The notes under the pieces: model-generated
The model's input: the letters and a program-made list of their open reading frames with translations, nothing else
The model's database searches: none
What the model was told of the DNA's origin: nothing
Translations under genes and position numbers: made by a program
Shown: piece after piece, positions 13,967-27,989 of the stretch
How positions within the stretch are numbered: the first letter of the stretch is position 1
How the letters are laid out: each line of letters begins with the position of its first letter
Source: Octopus vulgaris
Taxonomy: Eukaryota
Assembly: GCA_951406725.2 (NCBI GenBank)
Contig: OX597815.1
Location: forward strand, 206,584,001 to 206,648,000
Direction of reading: 5' to 3'
DNA length: 64,000 bases

Positions 13967-14734
13967 TAGATAGATAGATATATACACATATATACAGACA
14001 TGCAAATGCATACATATACAAATATATACATATATATATATATGTATATACTTATATATACTTATATATATATATATATACATATATACAAATGCATACA
14101 TATATATGTATATATATGTACATACACACACATATACATATAAATATCTTTTGTATATACATGCATGTTTATATATAACCATATGTATCATACTTAGAAT
14201 GTTGTTATTATTTTTCCCCAGGTCAGCTCAGTTTGAATAAATTTATCATAAAAAACACCCGACCTATGACATGCATCTTTAATCTAATATCTACTTCGTT
14301 TATTAAAATTGTAGGGTGGTTTTTGAGTGAGATTTAGCTACTAATTCCTGTGAATACCCACATGACTGTGAAACGGAAAGTCATGACGTTAAAATTTTCG
14401 TCCAAGCGCAGACACAGCACATAAAAATGACTTGGTCACAATCATATTCCCCTGTGCAGAATAATGAAGTCAATTTAATAATCCTGTCAACGCATCGCTC
14501 TATTTTATAAGATTTTTGCTGTCTTCAATCATAGTCTGGGTGATCAGTAGCTGTTCTTTACAACCATACGTTTCCTTCGCGCATTCTTTCTTCTCACATA
14601 ATGAGAAAATCAAGACCAGGTGACAGACTTAGCTAGTCTTGAGTTACCCTCTTGTATGCGAAGTTTCCTAATCTATCTTGTCAGTAATTCATTTTGAAGT
14701 CCATCTTTATTTGATAATGAAATTGTATATATAC

Positions 14735-15181
14735 TCTCTCTTTTTACTCTTTTACTTGTTCCAGTCATTTGACTGCGGCCATGCTGGAGCACCGCCTTTA
14801 GTCGACCAAATCGACCCCGGGACTTATTCTTTGTAAGTCCAGTACTTATTCTATCGGTCTCTTTTGCCGAACCGCTAAGTGACGGGGACGTAAACACACC
14901 AGCATCGGTTGTCAAGCAATGCTTGGGGGACAAACACAGACACACAAACACATACACACAAACACATACACACAAACACATACACACACATAGATATATA
15001 TATATACATATATACGGCGGGCTTCTTTCAGTTTCCGTCTACCAAATCCACTCACAAGGCATTGGTCGGCCCGGGGCTATAGCAGAAGACACTTGCTCAA
15101 GATGCCACGCAGTGGGACTGAACCCGGAACCATGTGGTTGGTTAGCAAGCTACTTACCACACAGCCACTCCTGCGCCTATA
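14735..15181 (-). mobile_element. tRNA-derived SINE family B (CORE-like ttgggcaagt, internal microsatellite, (gtaaaaga)n tail)
   Basis: Head ggcgcaggagtggctgtgtggtaag...ggttcagtccc; tail ggcggtgctccagcatggccgcagtcaaatgact..aacaagtaaaagagtaaaa. Confidence 0.88.
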
Positions 15182-15641
15182 GAAAAGAATTGTCACGAAA
15201 AATGGAGAGAAAATAGAAAGATAAGTGGAATGATAGAGAAGCAGAAAGAATATGAGTCAAATTTTCTAGCCGCATTTTTGTAGTTAAATTTGCTAACGAT
15301 CCTAAGCATGCGGATGGATAAAATGTGTTTCAAAAATAGTCATTAAAAGTCTTATCAACTCTATTGATTTGTGGAGGAGAGTACAGTCGATAATACTGGA
15401 TTAAAATTTTGGCACAAAGCCAGAAATTTCGGGGGATGGGGTAGTCAATTACTTTGACCCAATGCTCCACTGGTAGTTATTTTATTACCCTCCCCACCCA
15501 AAAAAAAAATATATGAAAGGTAAAATCGGTCACGGTAGAATTTGAACTCTGATCGTAAAGACAGACGACATGCAGCTAAGCATTTTTGCCCGGAGTGTAG
15601 TCGATAATATTAACTTCACTATTTGGCTGGTATTAAACATA

Positions 15642-15871
15642 CCTATTTCTTTACTACCCACACCCTAAACACAGAGAGGACAAACAAGGACAGACAAAGG
15701 TATTAAGTCGATTACATCGACCCAGTACGTAACTGGTACTTATTTAATCGACCCCGAAAGGTTAAACGCAAAGACGACCTTGGCAGAATTTGAACTCAGA
15801 ACGTAGCGGCAGACGAAATACGGCTACGCATTTCGCCCGGCTTGCTAACGTTTCTGCCAGCTCGCCGCCTT
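15642..15871 (-). mobile_element. SINE family A with 14-bp TSD, nested in an older degenerate copy
   Basis: TSD tggtattaaacata at 15628-15641 and 15872-15885. Confidence 0.85.
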
Positions 15872-16391
15872 TGGTATTAAACATATCGACCTCAGAATGA
15901 TACCTCGACATAAAGATCTCTATCTAAATATACTGCAAAGCATTTAAGCGACACTTTAACGACACTATAACGACCCTGTCAATCTAACGACCCATGAAAA
16001 GGATTACTTGCAACATATCATAAATAGCAAGTAGGAAAATCTATTGTCTTCACTAATCGTTTTCTTATCAAACTACAAAGCCTCTTTAAAGAACTTATTT
16101 ATACTTACCATGTGTTACTTTCAAGACGGATAGGACTTCAGCCACGAGAAACTATCATTTATCAAGCTGGAATTCAAGTTGTAAAGAAAATAACAATGGT
16201 TGTTTCCTTATTTTCTAATAAAAATACTTTGTTTTTCGCGTAGTTTACGATAATTGAATGGGACTTGCTTAATCTTCTCGCAGCAGAGGATGCGTTCTGT
16301 TTTTCTTTTGCTAATAAAAACATGATAAAAATAGCTGTGTATATGAAGAATAAGTTGTGATGAAGACTCAGCTTCAAATCATCATCATCAC

Positions 16392-16392
<1 letters not shown>

Positions 16393-16470
<78 letters not shown>

Positions 16471-16507
16471 GTTATTGTTGATGTTATTATTATTATTATT
16501 ATTATTA

Positions 16508-16551
<44 letters not shown>

Positions 16552-16583
16552 ATTATTATTATTATTATTATTATTATTGTTGA

Positions 16584-16650
<67 letters not shown>
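16393..16650. repeat. (ATT)n microsatellite; further AAT/ATT tracts at 17418-17540, 19316-19448, 21659-21863 and 23928-23982
   Basis: Direct inspection. Confidence 0.95.
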
Positions 16651-16652
<2 letters not shown>

Positions 16653-17050
16653 GGCGGTGAGCTGGCAGAATCGTTAGCACGCCGGGCGAAAGGCTTAACG
16701 GCATTTCGTCTGTCGCTACGTTGTGAGTTCAAATTCCGCCGAGGTCGACTGACTTTGCCTTTCATCCTTTCGGGGTTGATAAATTAAGTACCAGTTACGC
16801 ACTGGGGTCGATGTAATCGACTTAATACCTATGTCTGTCCTTGTTTGTCCCCTCTATGGGTAATAAAGAAATAGGCATTTCGTCCGCCTTTACATTCTGA
16901 TTTCAAATTCGGCCGGGGTCGACTTTGTTTTTCATCCTTTCGGGGTCGATTAAATAAGTACCAGTTACGCACTGGGGTCGATATAATCGACTTAAATATC
17001 TTCCTCCAAATTTCAGGCCTTGTGTCTACAGTGGAAAGTATTATTATTAT
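16653..17050 (+). mobile_element. SINE family A dimer; a further monomer lies at 17204-17418
   Basis: Head, unit, junction aaatag|gcatttcg, second unit ending in the alternative tail ccaaatttcaggccttgtg...(TTA)n. Confidence 0.85.
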
Positions 17051-17416
17051 TACTACTTTTTATCAGAGGTTTTGTTGGAGTTCCTTGAGCCTTGTATACT
17101 TATCGAGCTACTACCTGAAGCCTACGGTACCATGCAATCTGTTCTTTTCAGCTAATTTTTCATATTATTTCTTTCCAATCCTGGAACCAAACGGACATTT
17201 TTAAGGCGGTGAGCAGGTAGAATCGCTTGCATGCCGGGCAAAATACTTAGCAGTATTTCGTCCGTCTTTTCGTTCTGAGATCAAATTCCACGAGGTCGAC
17301 TTTGTCTTTCATCCCTACGGAATCGATAAATTAAGTACCAGTGAAACACTGGGTCAATGTAATCGACTAGTTTCCCCCACCCAAATTTCAGGCCTTGTGC
17401 CTTTAGTAGAATGGTT

Positions 17417-17540
<124 letters not shown>

Positions 17541-17888
17541 TGCCCTGATGCAGTACCAGGATGCCCTGATGCAGTACCAGGATGCTCTCATGCAGTACCA
17601 GGATGTCCTGATGCAGTACCAGGATGTCCTGATGCAGTACCAGGCAGTGGCTCTCATGGCTTCTGATCTTAACTGATTGGAAGTGTTATCATGTACATTG
17701 TTTTGTCTTGGTATTAAAGATGGGCTACAGCAAACATTCTGCTCAATATCACAGATTTGCTTGTCAGTTGTTTGACTTTAACCAGTTGGCTGGTGTACCC
17801 TTATCAGACGGGTAGTCATGATGGGTATATTGGGCTTCGTATATTTTACCCCAGTGTCACTTTGATGGCATGCACTGCTCTCTCACTC
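17541..17888 (+). mobile_element. Non-coding (AAT)n-targeted repeat (probable LINE 3' UTR), internally deleted copy with a 5' 21-bp tandem array
   Basis: Ends ...cagtgtcactttgatggcatgcactgctctctcactc(AAT)n. Homologous to 18878-19315 and 23983-24477. Confidence 0.75.
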
Positions 17889-17926
<38 letters not shown>

Positions 17927-17931
17927 CAACA

Positions 17932-18807
17932 ACCGATGGCTAATGGCTTCTGGCTTAAAATCTGAAAGAGAAGGGTTTAGCATAGCAGCTCAAAATCAAT
18001 ATCTACCTACAAGGAACTGCCAGGCCAACATATTAAAGAGCAGCAGTAGCCAACACGTCGTGTATGTCAACAACAAAATGAAACCATTGATCATGTTGTC
18101 TCCAAGTGCAGTCTTCTCTGCGCCTACAGAGTATCTCAACAGGCATGATAGAGCTGCAGAATACATATTAACTGCGTAATTTGCAAAAGCCTGGACTTGC
18201 CCCCTGATAAAAACTGGTAGGAACACAAACCACCTCCAGTGCTTGAAAATGATCACATATCACTCCTCTGGAACTTCATCATTCAAACTGACAGAAAGAT
18301 CGATGCAAATAGGCCAGACATCATATTGAAAGACTTCAGACAAAGAACATGCCTCCTCATTGATATGACTGTCCCAATCGATATAAACGTATCTGTCAAG
18401 ACCTACCAAAAAGTGAGCAAATATAAAGATCTTGAAATAGAAATCAGCAAAATGTGGAACCTGAAGACTAAAATAATACCTGTTGTCATAGGTGCCCTGG
18501 AAATGATAGCAAAAGGGGCTGATTGCTACCTAGCTCAGATACCAGGAAACCCCAAAATGACAGAAATTCAGCTCATGGGAACTGCTCATATTCTACGCAA
18601 AATACTTTCTATGTAATCTCAAGTTTTAAAACAAACATAATTTTCTTATGTTTTCTTAAACATTCTCTAGAATAACACTATGTACAAAACCAAATATATG
18701 GCACTCGAGGCATAACACCAACATGAACTTCGAACTTGTTATCGCTTGAGGTCTCTGGGTGAGACTTGGAGCCAACTTGTACAAATGTAAAGCGAAAGTC
18801 AAACATA

Positions 18808-18809
<2 letters not shown>
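17932..18809 (+). mobile_element. R4/Dong-like non-LTR retrotransposon 3' fragment (frameshifted) in (AAT)n
   Basis: RWLMASGLKSEREGFSIAAQ, then ORF 18239-18616 LLWNFIIQTDRKIDANRPDIILKD...LLIDMTVP...KVSKYKDL...IPVVIGAL (restriction-like endonuclease, PD..D). AAT repeats on both sides. Confidence 0.88.
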
Positions 18810-18840
<31 letters not shown>

Positions 18841-18845
18841 TGATG

Positions 18846-18877
<32 letters not shown>

Positions 18878-19315
18878 CTCAATACCACAGATTTGCTTGT
18901 CAGTTGTTTGACCTTAACCAGTTGAGCATGTCCCTTAGTGGCTGACGATAGGTGCATCTCTGATCACGAGCAGAAGTAGTGGGGGAGCATCATAGCCATG
19001 TGTTGAGAGGGATTCTTTGGGGTTTGAATAATTCACCTCTGGAAACATGGGTGGTTTTTTCAACATCCTTAAACAACCCTTATTCAGGGACCGTTTGAGC
19101 GGGATGGGCTACTCAACCTGAAGGAAATTCTAACTGGGTCCCACCTGCAAGGTCATGTGCTGTTTATCTTGATATGAGATCACCATGTCGCGCACATATG
19201 GTTGTGATGCATGTGCCTGGTGTACCCTTATCAGACGGGTAGTCATGATGGGTATATTGGGCTTCGTATATTTTACCCCAGTGTCACTTTGATGGCATGA
19301 ACTGCTCTCTCACTC
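18878..19315 (+). mobile_element. Non-coding (AAT)n-targeted repeat, same family
   Basis: Nearly collinear with the reverse complement of 23983-24420; same 3' end followed by (AAT)n. Confidence 0.8.
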
Positions 19316-19370
19316 AATAATAATAATAATAATAATAATAATGATAATAATAATAGTAATAATAATAATG

Positions 19371-19405
<35 letters not shown>

Positions 19406-19410
19406 TAATG

Positions 19411-19448
<38 letters not shown>

Positions 19449-19451
<3 letters not shown>

Positions 19452-21055
19452 GTCGTGTTAGATATTGTCACAGTCATAAGAGAGCTTGAGCAAGTCGTGT
19501 TAGATATTGACACAGTCATAAGAGAGCTTGAGCAAGAACAAACATACAAATATTTAGGGATAAATGAAGGCTCTGGTATTCAGCATGCAAGCATGAAAGA
19601 GAAGATCAGGAAGGAATGTTATAGGAGAGTTCGTGCAGTCCTGAAATCTGAACTAAATGCACGTAACAAGGTGTTAGCTATAAATTCCTTAGCAATTCCA
19701 GTTGTTACTTATAGCTACAATGTGTTGAACTGGAATATGAGTGAAGTAAAGAATATAGATAGGAAAATACGCAAGCTGCTGAGTTGTAATAGGATGCACC
19801 ACCCAAAGGCAGACGTAGATCGCCTTTACCTTCCCAGAGCCCAAGGAGGTCGAGGCCTGATCCAATTTGAACTAGCTTACAAAACAACCACAATTGGACT
19901 GGCCAAATATCTTGAAATAACGAATGACTGGATGCTAAAACTCGTGGAAAATCACGAGAGACGAAAGAAGCTTCATTCTATCATAAAGGAAAGCAAAAGA
20001 TTTGCTATTGATCTCGTGCAGGATACCCAAACTGAACAACCCAAGGGAAGTATGGCAACTATTGTTGCAAAGAAGGGGAAAATAATGGCAACGAAAAAAG
20101 CGCACGAGCAATTGGCTGATAGGTGGGAGGAGAAACCTCTGCACGGCAAATATGTGGCCCGCAGCAAACAAGCTGATGTTGACCAGAAGCAAACCCATCA
20201 GTGGCTACGGAGCTCAGGGCTAAAAGCAGAGAGCGATGGTTTCATCCTGGCTGCTCAAGATCAAAGCCTATTAACCCTGAACTAACAGGCCAATGTGATG
20301 AAAAATGGAGCAGACCCAAAATGCCGATTCTGCAACGACATGATTGAAACAGTGGACCACCTAATCTCTGGATGTAAAGTCTTAGCACCAGTGGAGTATA
20401 AATTAAGACATGACAGAGTTGGCCAATATCTCCACTGGCTAATAAGTCGGCATTACAATATCAAAACTGCCGACAAGTGGTATAATCACCACCCTGAGGC
20501 TGTAACTGAAGGAGAAAATGTAACCATTCTGTGGGACTTTCCAGTACATACAGACCGAACCATCAAGGCCAATAAAGCAGATATTGTTGTGAAAGACCAA
20601 AACAATAAAGTTTGCTTATTGATCGACAAGAGCATCCCCTGTGATCATAATATCTCAGCGAAAGAGTTTGACAAGCTCAGAAAATATAAAGACCTACTCA
20701 TTGAAATTGAGAAAATGTGGCATCTCAAGGCGGTTACAATACCAGTGATCGTAGGAGCACTAGGAATGATCAAGAAGGGAACCGAAAATTATATGAGAAT
20801 GATCCCTGGCTTACTATCCCTGCAAGAAGTGCAAAAGATTGTCTTAACTGGTACATCACACGTATTGAGAAGAGCATTGTCGATGTGAGAATTATTACTA
20901 CCCATGTATTTTAATTTAACTTAAAAAAAAAAAAATGAACGAACTATTGAGTTTAGTTTAATGGCCTACCAATGTATACCATGAGTTTCTTTACCCTAGG
21001 AGTCGGGAAGACATCCGGTAAGAAATGGAAGCAAATTTACAAGAAGAAAAAAAAA

Positions 21056-21057
<2 letters not shown>
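19449..21057 (+). mobile_element. R4/Dong-like non-LTR retrotransposon, 5'-truncated (RT C-terminus, CCHC knuckle, restriction-like endonuclease) in (AAT)n
   Basis: TYKYLGINE...RLYLPRAQGGRGL...LHGKY; in-frame TAA at 20283-20285; CRFC....ETVDHLISGC...RHDRV; ILWDFPVHTDRTIKANKADIVV..LLID..KYKDL..IPVIVGALG; stop at 20888; 3' UTR, then (AAT)n. Confidence 0.92.
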
Positions 21058-21089
<32 letters not shown>

Positions 21090-21109
21090 TAATAATTATT
21101 ATTATTATT

Positions 21110-21863
<754 letters not shown>

Positions 21864-22445
21864 TCTCTATTTTTGAAAAACATAAAATTAATAATATTCA
21901 CTTTACACTTTTGATTTGTGTTTTATTGGTTTTAGAGCTACTTGTCCCCTATTTGCTATTGTTCTTATACCAAATAACGGTAATTTACGCTTAACATAAC
22001 ATTCATTTTATTTGTCATGAATTTTCATATTATTGTAATTTTGATAGTATAATAATGATAGCGCATACACGTGACGTTCTAGAACAAAAATGATTGCAGA
22101 TTCACAATTAGTGCTCCCAAATTACCTATGAGCACCATTTCGTCTAATACTAGCAAAAATTTTCTTGCTGGTGTTATCAACCAAAACTGCAGAGCTCTTA
22201 AGTTGGGCCTGTTCCCTTCGCATTTCCGTGTTAGGGTCCATGATCATGATTCTCACTAGGAGACAAGTGAGCGTCAGTTGGTCCCGTATCTTCATTCAAA
22301 CGTTACAACGAAATTAAGTCCCGATTCGCGGTTCATTTGTCTTCATCCCAGGCATGGAACCGTTGGACACTGAGAGGTTGTCACCATTGTGACTAAGGAG
22401 TCCTATCTACCCCAGTTTTAAATCAGAGTGTTCCTTCTCCTAGAC

Positions 22446-22646
22446 CAGTGCTTTTCAAACTTTTTGCTGGAGCGGAACCCCAAGGAAACATTCCACTGGC
22501 TCGAGGAACCCCTGTGCAATAATTTAACACTCTTATGCACACATATCTGCACAGGAGAATTTAAAATTACTGCCGATTTTAGCAGTTTTGTAAGTTCTTG
22601 CGAAACCCCTGGACTGTACTGGCGGAACCCTGGTTGAAAACCACTG
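22446..22646. mobile_element. hAT (Charlie-like) MITE
   Basis: TIRs cagtgcttttcaaac / gttgaaaaccactg; perfect 8-bp TSD tcctagac (22438-22445 and 22647-22654). Confidence 0.88.
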
Positions 22647-22966
22647 TCCTAGACAGACTGCCAACCAAGAGTCACGAGTTCCGTCTACTCGTTTTCGGAA
22701 TGGCCATTGACTCTTCTGAGTTCCTCTGCTCTTTGCTGGGTTTTGCTTTTAATTCCGCAATCTGTCGAAAATCGACCCTCCTCACCAAGTAAGTTTAGTG
22801 GGATTGCCAGTTTAGCCGCTGACGACTTGACGGTTTCACAACGCCACTTGTTAATCAATCTGGGTAATTATCATTCTGGGTAATTATTTACTTGCTCACT
22901 ATTATAATTTCACTATTATTACTATAATGCTTGTCTTATTTACTTGTTCACTACTACAGTTTCACT

Positions 22967-23338
22967 TGGCTGTGTGGTAAGTAGCTTGCTAACCAACCAC
23001 ATGGTTCTGGGTTCAGTCCCACTGCGTGGCATCTTGGGCAAGTGTCTTCTGCTCGGGCCGACCAATGCGTTGTGAGTGGATTTGGTAGACGGAAACTGAA
23101 AGAAGCCTGTCGTATATATGTATATATATGTATGTTTGTGTGTCTGTGTTTGTCCCTCTAGCATTGCTTGACAACTGATGCTGGTGTGTTTACGTCCCCG
23201 TCACTTAGCGGTTCAGCAAAAGAGACCGATATAATGAGTACTGGGCTTACAAAGAATAAGTCCCGGGGTCGATTTGGTCGACTAAAGGCCAGCATGGCCG
23301 CAGTCAAATGACTGAAACAAGTAAAAGAGTAAAAGAGT
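22967..23338 (+). mobile_element. SINE family B
   Basis: Same head, body and tail as 14735-15181. Confidence 0.85.
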
Positions 23339-23869
23339 AAATAATTATATTATTATTATAATGCTTGTCTTATTTACTTGTGCACTACTATAGTTTCACT
23401 ATTATTACTATAATTATATTATTACTATAAGGCCTAGAGGTCCTAATATTGTCTCCCCTGATTTCTTTAGACAACAAATGATGGTAGATTTACGGCTGTT
23501 GGTTTAGCTACTGATGCTGCTGCGGCGCTAAATAGAAGAGCGGGCTTGTTGTGTCTACTAACACAGGCTGTTTGATTGAACTGGTAGTTTACATACCTGC
23601 GGGCGGGTGAGAGGTAATTTTTGAGAGGAGCATCGACACGTGGGATATAGCATAGCTAAGATAAATGAATCTATTTATAGAACATAACATCGTAGTTAAA
23701 AATAAATCTATAAACATCTCAAAGTTTTAGCAAGCATTTAGACAATTTCATAGCTTGAAGTAATAGAAAAAGACTAACACATTTTTTGGGAGTCGTAAAA
23801 TAATCATTCTATCGTGTGAATGCTTATAGCAGCACTGAAGACTGAGTGGGAGAGGAGGGAGAGATAGAC

Positions 23870-23903
<34 letters not shown>

Positions 23904-23927
23904 GTCGAAGAGAAAGCAGGTAAACTC

Positions 23928-23982
<55 letters not shown>

Positions 23983-24477
23983 GAGTGAGAGAGCAGTTCA
24001 TGCCATCAAAGTGACACTGGAGTAAAATATACGAAGCCCAATATACCCATCATGACTATCCATCTGATAAGGGTACACCAGGCACATGCATCACAACCAT
24101 ATGTGCGCGACATGGTGATCTCACATCAAGATAAACAGCACATGACCTTGCAGGTGGGGCCCAGTTAGAAATTTCTTCAGGTTGAGTAGCCCATCCCGCT
24201 CAAAAGATCCCTGAATAAGAATTGTTTAAGGATGTTGAACGAAACACCTATGTTTCCTGAGCTGAATTATTCCTCCAAAGAATCCCTCTCAACACATGGC
24301 TATGATGCTCCCCCACTACTTCTGCCTGTGATCAGAGATGCACATATCGTCAGCCACTAAGGGACATGCTCAACTGGTTAAGGCCAAACAACTGACAAGC
24401 AAATCTGTGGTATTGAGCAGAATATTTGCTGTAGCCCATCTTTTATACCAAGACAAAACAATGTACATGATAACACT
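23983..24477 (-). mobile_element. Non-coding (AAT)n-targeted repeat, same family
   Basis: Begins gagtgagagagcagttcatgccatcaaagtgacactgg directly after (ATT)n and ends in (ATT)n. Confidence 0.8.
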
Positions 24478-24998
24478 ATTATTATTATTATTATTATTCG
24501 ATGCTTTCAAAGTGCTACTCAACACTTGTGATTTCAACAGGTACAAAACTGCATTTAAATTATTCTTTTCATGTATTTTCACACATGAACGTTTTATCGA
24601 AGTAGTTGGAAATGTATTGCGTTCTGAATATAACAATGGTTTCTTTTCTTTAAGTCTATTTCTCTCAAATAATAAAACATTCATGCCAAAAATGATTTTT
24701 ACCAGATTAAACTCCCAAGCTGACATCGACTTATCGTTCATCAAAATCAAACGGGTCGTTCTACCTACTGTATGATGTGTTCCTGTCGGGCTCCAAATAC
24801 AAATTCTGTGTATAAAATCACATCTTTATTGTTAAAGTATCAAATGTACAAAGTGCGGTATATGCGGTTAAGACTCAGATGAGCACTGCTATCAACATGT
24901 TGCATCAAATTGCTAGGTTAATTTGAGAGGTAACATTTGTTTCCATTTAAACGAGGATGTTCTGTTAGAACACACTTTATTGCATTAGAGGCCATGAG

Positions 24999-25152
24999 AG
25001 AAACACTCAAATAGGCTCTTGGTGCAAAATGCACGCTAGCGGGGAGATCATGTGAATAGGCGGTCTCGGCGCTGGATTTGATGGGGACTTATCTACCCGC
25101 TAGCAACAAGGCCAAGTGTGCATTTTGCACCAAAAACCTATATGAGAGTTTC
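24999..25152. mobile_element. MITE-like element with about 39-bp imperfect TIRs
   Basis: agaaacactcaaataggctcttggtgcaaaatgcacgct versus agtgtgcattttgcaccaaaaacctatatgagagtttct. Confidence 0.65.
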
Positions 25153-25728
25153 TTATTTCTTTACTGCCCACAAGAGGCTACACACAGAGGGGACAAACAA
25201 TGACAGACAAACGGATTAAGACGATTATATCGATCCCAGTGCGCAACTGGTACTTATTTAATCGACACCGGCGGAATTTGTACTCAGAACGTAGCGGCAG
25301 ACGAAATACCTATTTTTTTACTACCCACAAGGGGCTAAACACAGAGAGGACAAACAAGGACAGACAAACGGATTAAGTCGATTATATCGACCCCAGTGCG
25401 TAACTGGTACTTATTTAATCGACCCCGAAAGGATGAAAGGCAAAGTCGGCCTCGGCGGAATTTGAACTCAGAACGTAGCGGCAGACGAAATACCTATTTC
25501 TTTATTACCCACAAGGGGCTAAACACAGAGGGAACAAACAAGGACAGACATAGGTATTAAGTCGATTACATCGACCCCAGTGCGTAACTGGTACTTAATT
25601 TATCGCCCCCGAAAGGATGCAAGGCAAAGTCGACCCCGGCGGAATTTGAACTCAGAACGTAACGGCAGACGAAATACCGCTAAGCCTTTCGCCCGGGCGT
25701 GCTAACGCTTCTGCCAGATCGCCGCCTT
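25153..25728 (-). mobile_element. SINE family A trimer inserted at the end of a MITE
   Basis: One head at about 25728 and three body units. TSD-like atgagagtttct / atgagactttct. Confidence 0.85.
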
Positions 25729-26871
25729 AATGAGACTTTCTCTCAGGGTATCTACCGCAGTAAAGTTTATTCAAACAGAAAGTTCATATTTAAGTGGGAA
25801 TAAATTTATATTAGCTGTCGCTAATATATATGTTAATTTGAGTGTTTTAAAGGTAGGAAAGATGGTCTATACAATGTTTCTAACGTATACACAGCCATCA
25901 GGTATACTAGTAACAGCAGTCCGTGTTGGTGAAGTTGTTTACAAGGAATATCTTCTCGAGGTACTGCCAGCTGTTGGCAACGATTTAACCATTTCAATTA
26001 CTATGTACAATAGAAGCAGGACTGACGAATTGGTTAAATCGTTGGCTTCGCAACAATAGGATCTTGATTTCGAGATCGTTGCATGGCACTAGTGAATTAC
26101 GAGAGATTTTGGGTTGAGTGAAATGTGTATAGAATGACTTGCGTCACACCGAATCTGTTTGAGAATTACTTTTTGGATTTATAGATCTGTGTGATTATCA
26201 ACTACGTTCAACGATAATTCATTGTCACTCCACTTGGTTGAAAAATGATTTGTACCAGATTAAACTCCCAAGCTCACATCGACTTATCGTTCATCAAAAT
26301 CAAACGGGTGTTCTACTTACTGTATGATCTTTTCCTGTCGGGCCCAAAATGCAAATTCTGTGTATTTAATCGACCCCGAAAGGATCGCCGATTTAATCGA
26401 CCCCGAAAGGATAAGTCGATTTCAGCTTGGGAGTTTAATCTGGTACATTTTTCAACCAAGTGGAGTGACAATGAATTATCGTTGAGACCATCGAGAGTCA
26501 CAATCGGCCAGATAGACCATCACCATCATCATTAGCTATATATACTTACCATGGTAAGTTGGCAACCATTATTATTACAGCACGCTCCGCTAAGCGCGCT
26601 CCTTCAATGGTCGCAGAAATCTGAAGACTACAGTGGGCCAAATGCCACTAAACAGAACGGAAATGCTAAATACTGAGCGACTGTATGTTAAAATGTTTGT
26701 AGGCAAAAAATATTGAACGATATTTCTAAGATGCATATTTTGATTAGTGCCGTTGACTGGTATAATAAGCTCTTTATTAGGACTACGTCTTCGTGAATTT
26801 ACCTGTGTAAAATCAACCCCTCTGTTGTCCTTTAAACAAAGAAACCTGCACGCCCATGTTTTAACTGCGTA

Positions 26872-26933
<62 letters not shown>

Positions 26934-27134
26934 TAAAAGGAATTCCAACCTTGTCTGATTTTCACGTTTTATTTGCAATCTTATAATGATATAATATAAG
27001 ATAAAATAATAGAATAAAATAAAATAGTAGAATGTTAAATGTTCATTCTGATTGAACTAGTACTTTCATGCATTAAATTCTGCAATCTTCAGGTTCATGT
27101 AGTGGTGGTGACAGTCATGCTTCACAACTTTTGG

Positions 27135-27173
<39 letters not shown>

Positions 27174-27705
27174 CGTGTGAATATTTTTTGTTATTTACGG
27201 TCCCAAATAGCATTAGCAATATACAAGCACCCGTCCCCATTGCTAATATCAATCGCAAAAACAGGCTTATTGTGAAAATTAAACAAACATAGTTTCATAC
27301 GTAAACAGTTTATAGTTTCACAATGGGGGAAAAAAGTGTTGAAGGACATAAATTTAACTGACAAAACAAAAGAATGAAAGAACAATACCAACGCAAAAGA
27401 AAATATCACTAGCAACAATCATCATTTATGAGAGATAGTGAGTCTCGACTTGAGATACCTCATTGACCACTGTTATTCGCACCAACTGAGTAGTATACGC
27501 AGATGAGATATAATAAGACCGAAAAATAATCGTTGCTCGCATCCTTTGCTGTCTCGCTACATTTCCCCGAATATATCGATTAGCTGCTCTTATTGGTGAT
27601 TATATATATATATACATACATAATACACACACATAAATATATATATATACATATACATATATATGTATATATACATGTATGTATATATATATATGTATGT
27701 ATATA

Positions 27706-27781
<76 letters not shown>

Positions 27782-27806
27782 TATAAATATATATATATAT
27801 ACATAC

Positions 27807-27862
<56 letters not shown>

Positions 27863-27989
27863 GGTCCCGGGTTGATTCGGGGTTAACCACAGTAAATAAG
27901 GTACTCAATACATAGCAGAGTAAAATTAATTTATTATATAGAAGGAGCTTCTACAGGACTAGAACTGTTTCATTCAAGAGAAATCTTCA

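Noticed and set aside
16101-16112. ATACTTACC resembling the U1 snRNA 5' end (also at 26542)
   Set aside because: The match stops after 9 nt; it is just the reverse complement of a splice donor.
17541-17645. CRISPR-like look of the 21-bp repeats
   Set aside because: No spacers, eukaryotic context and no cas genes.
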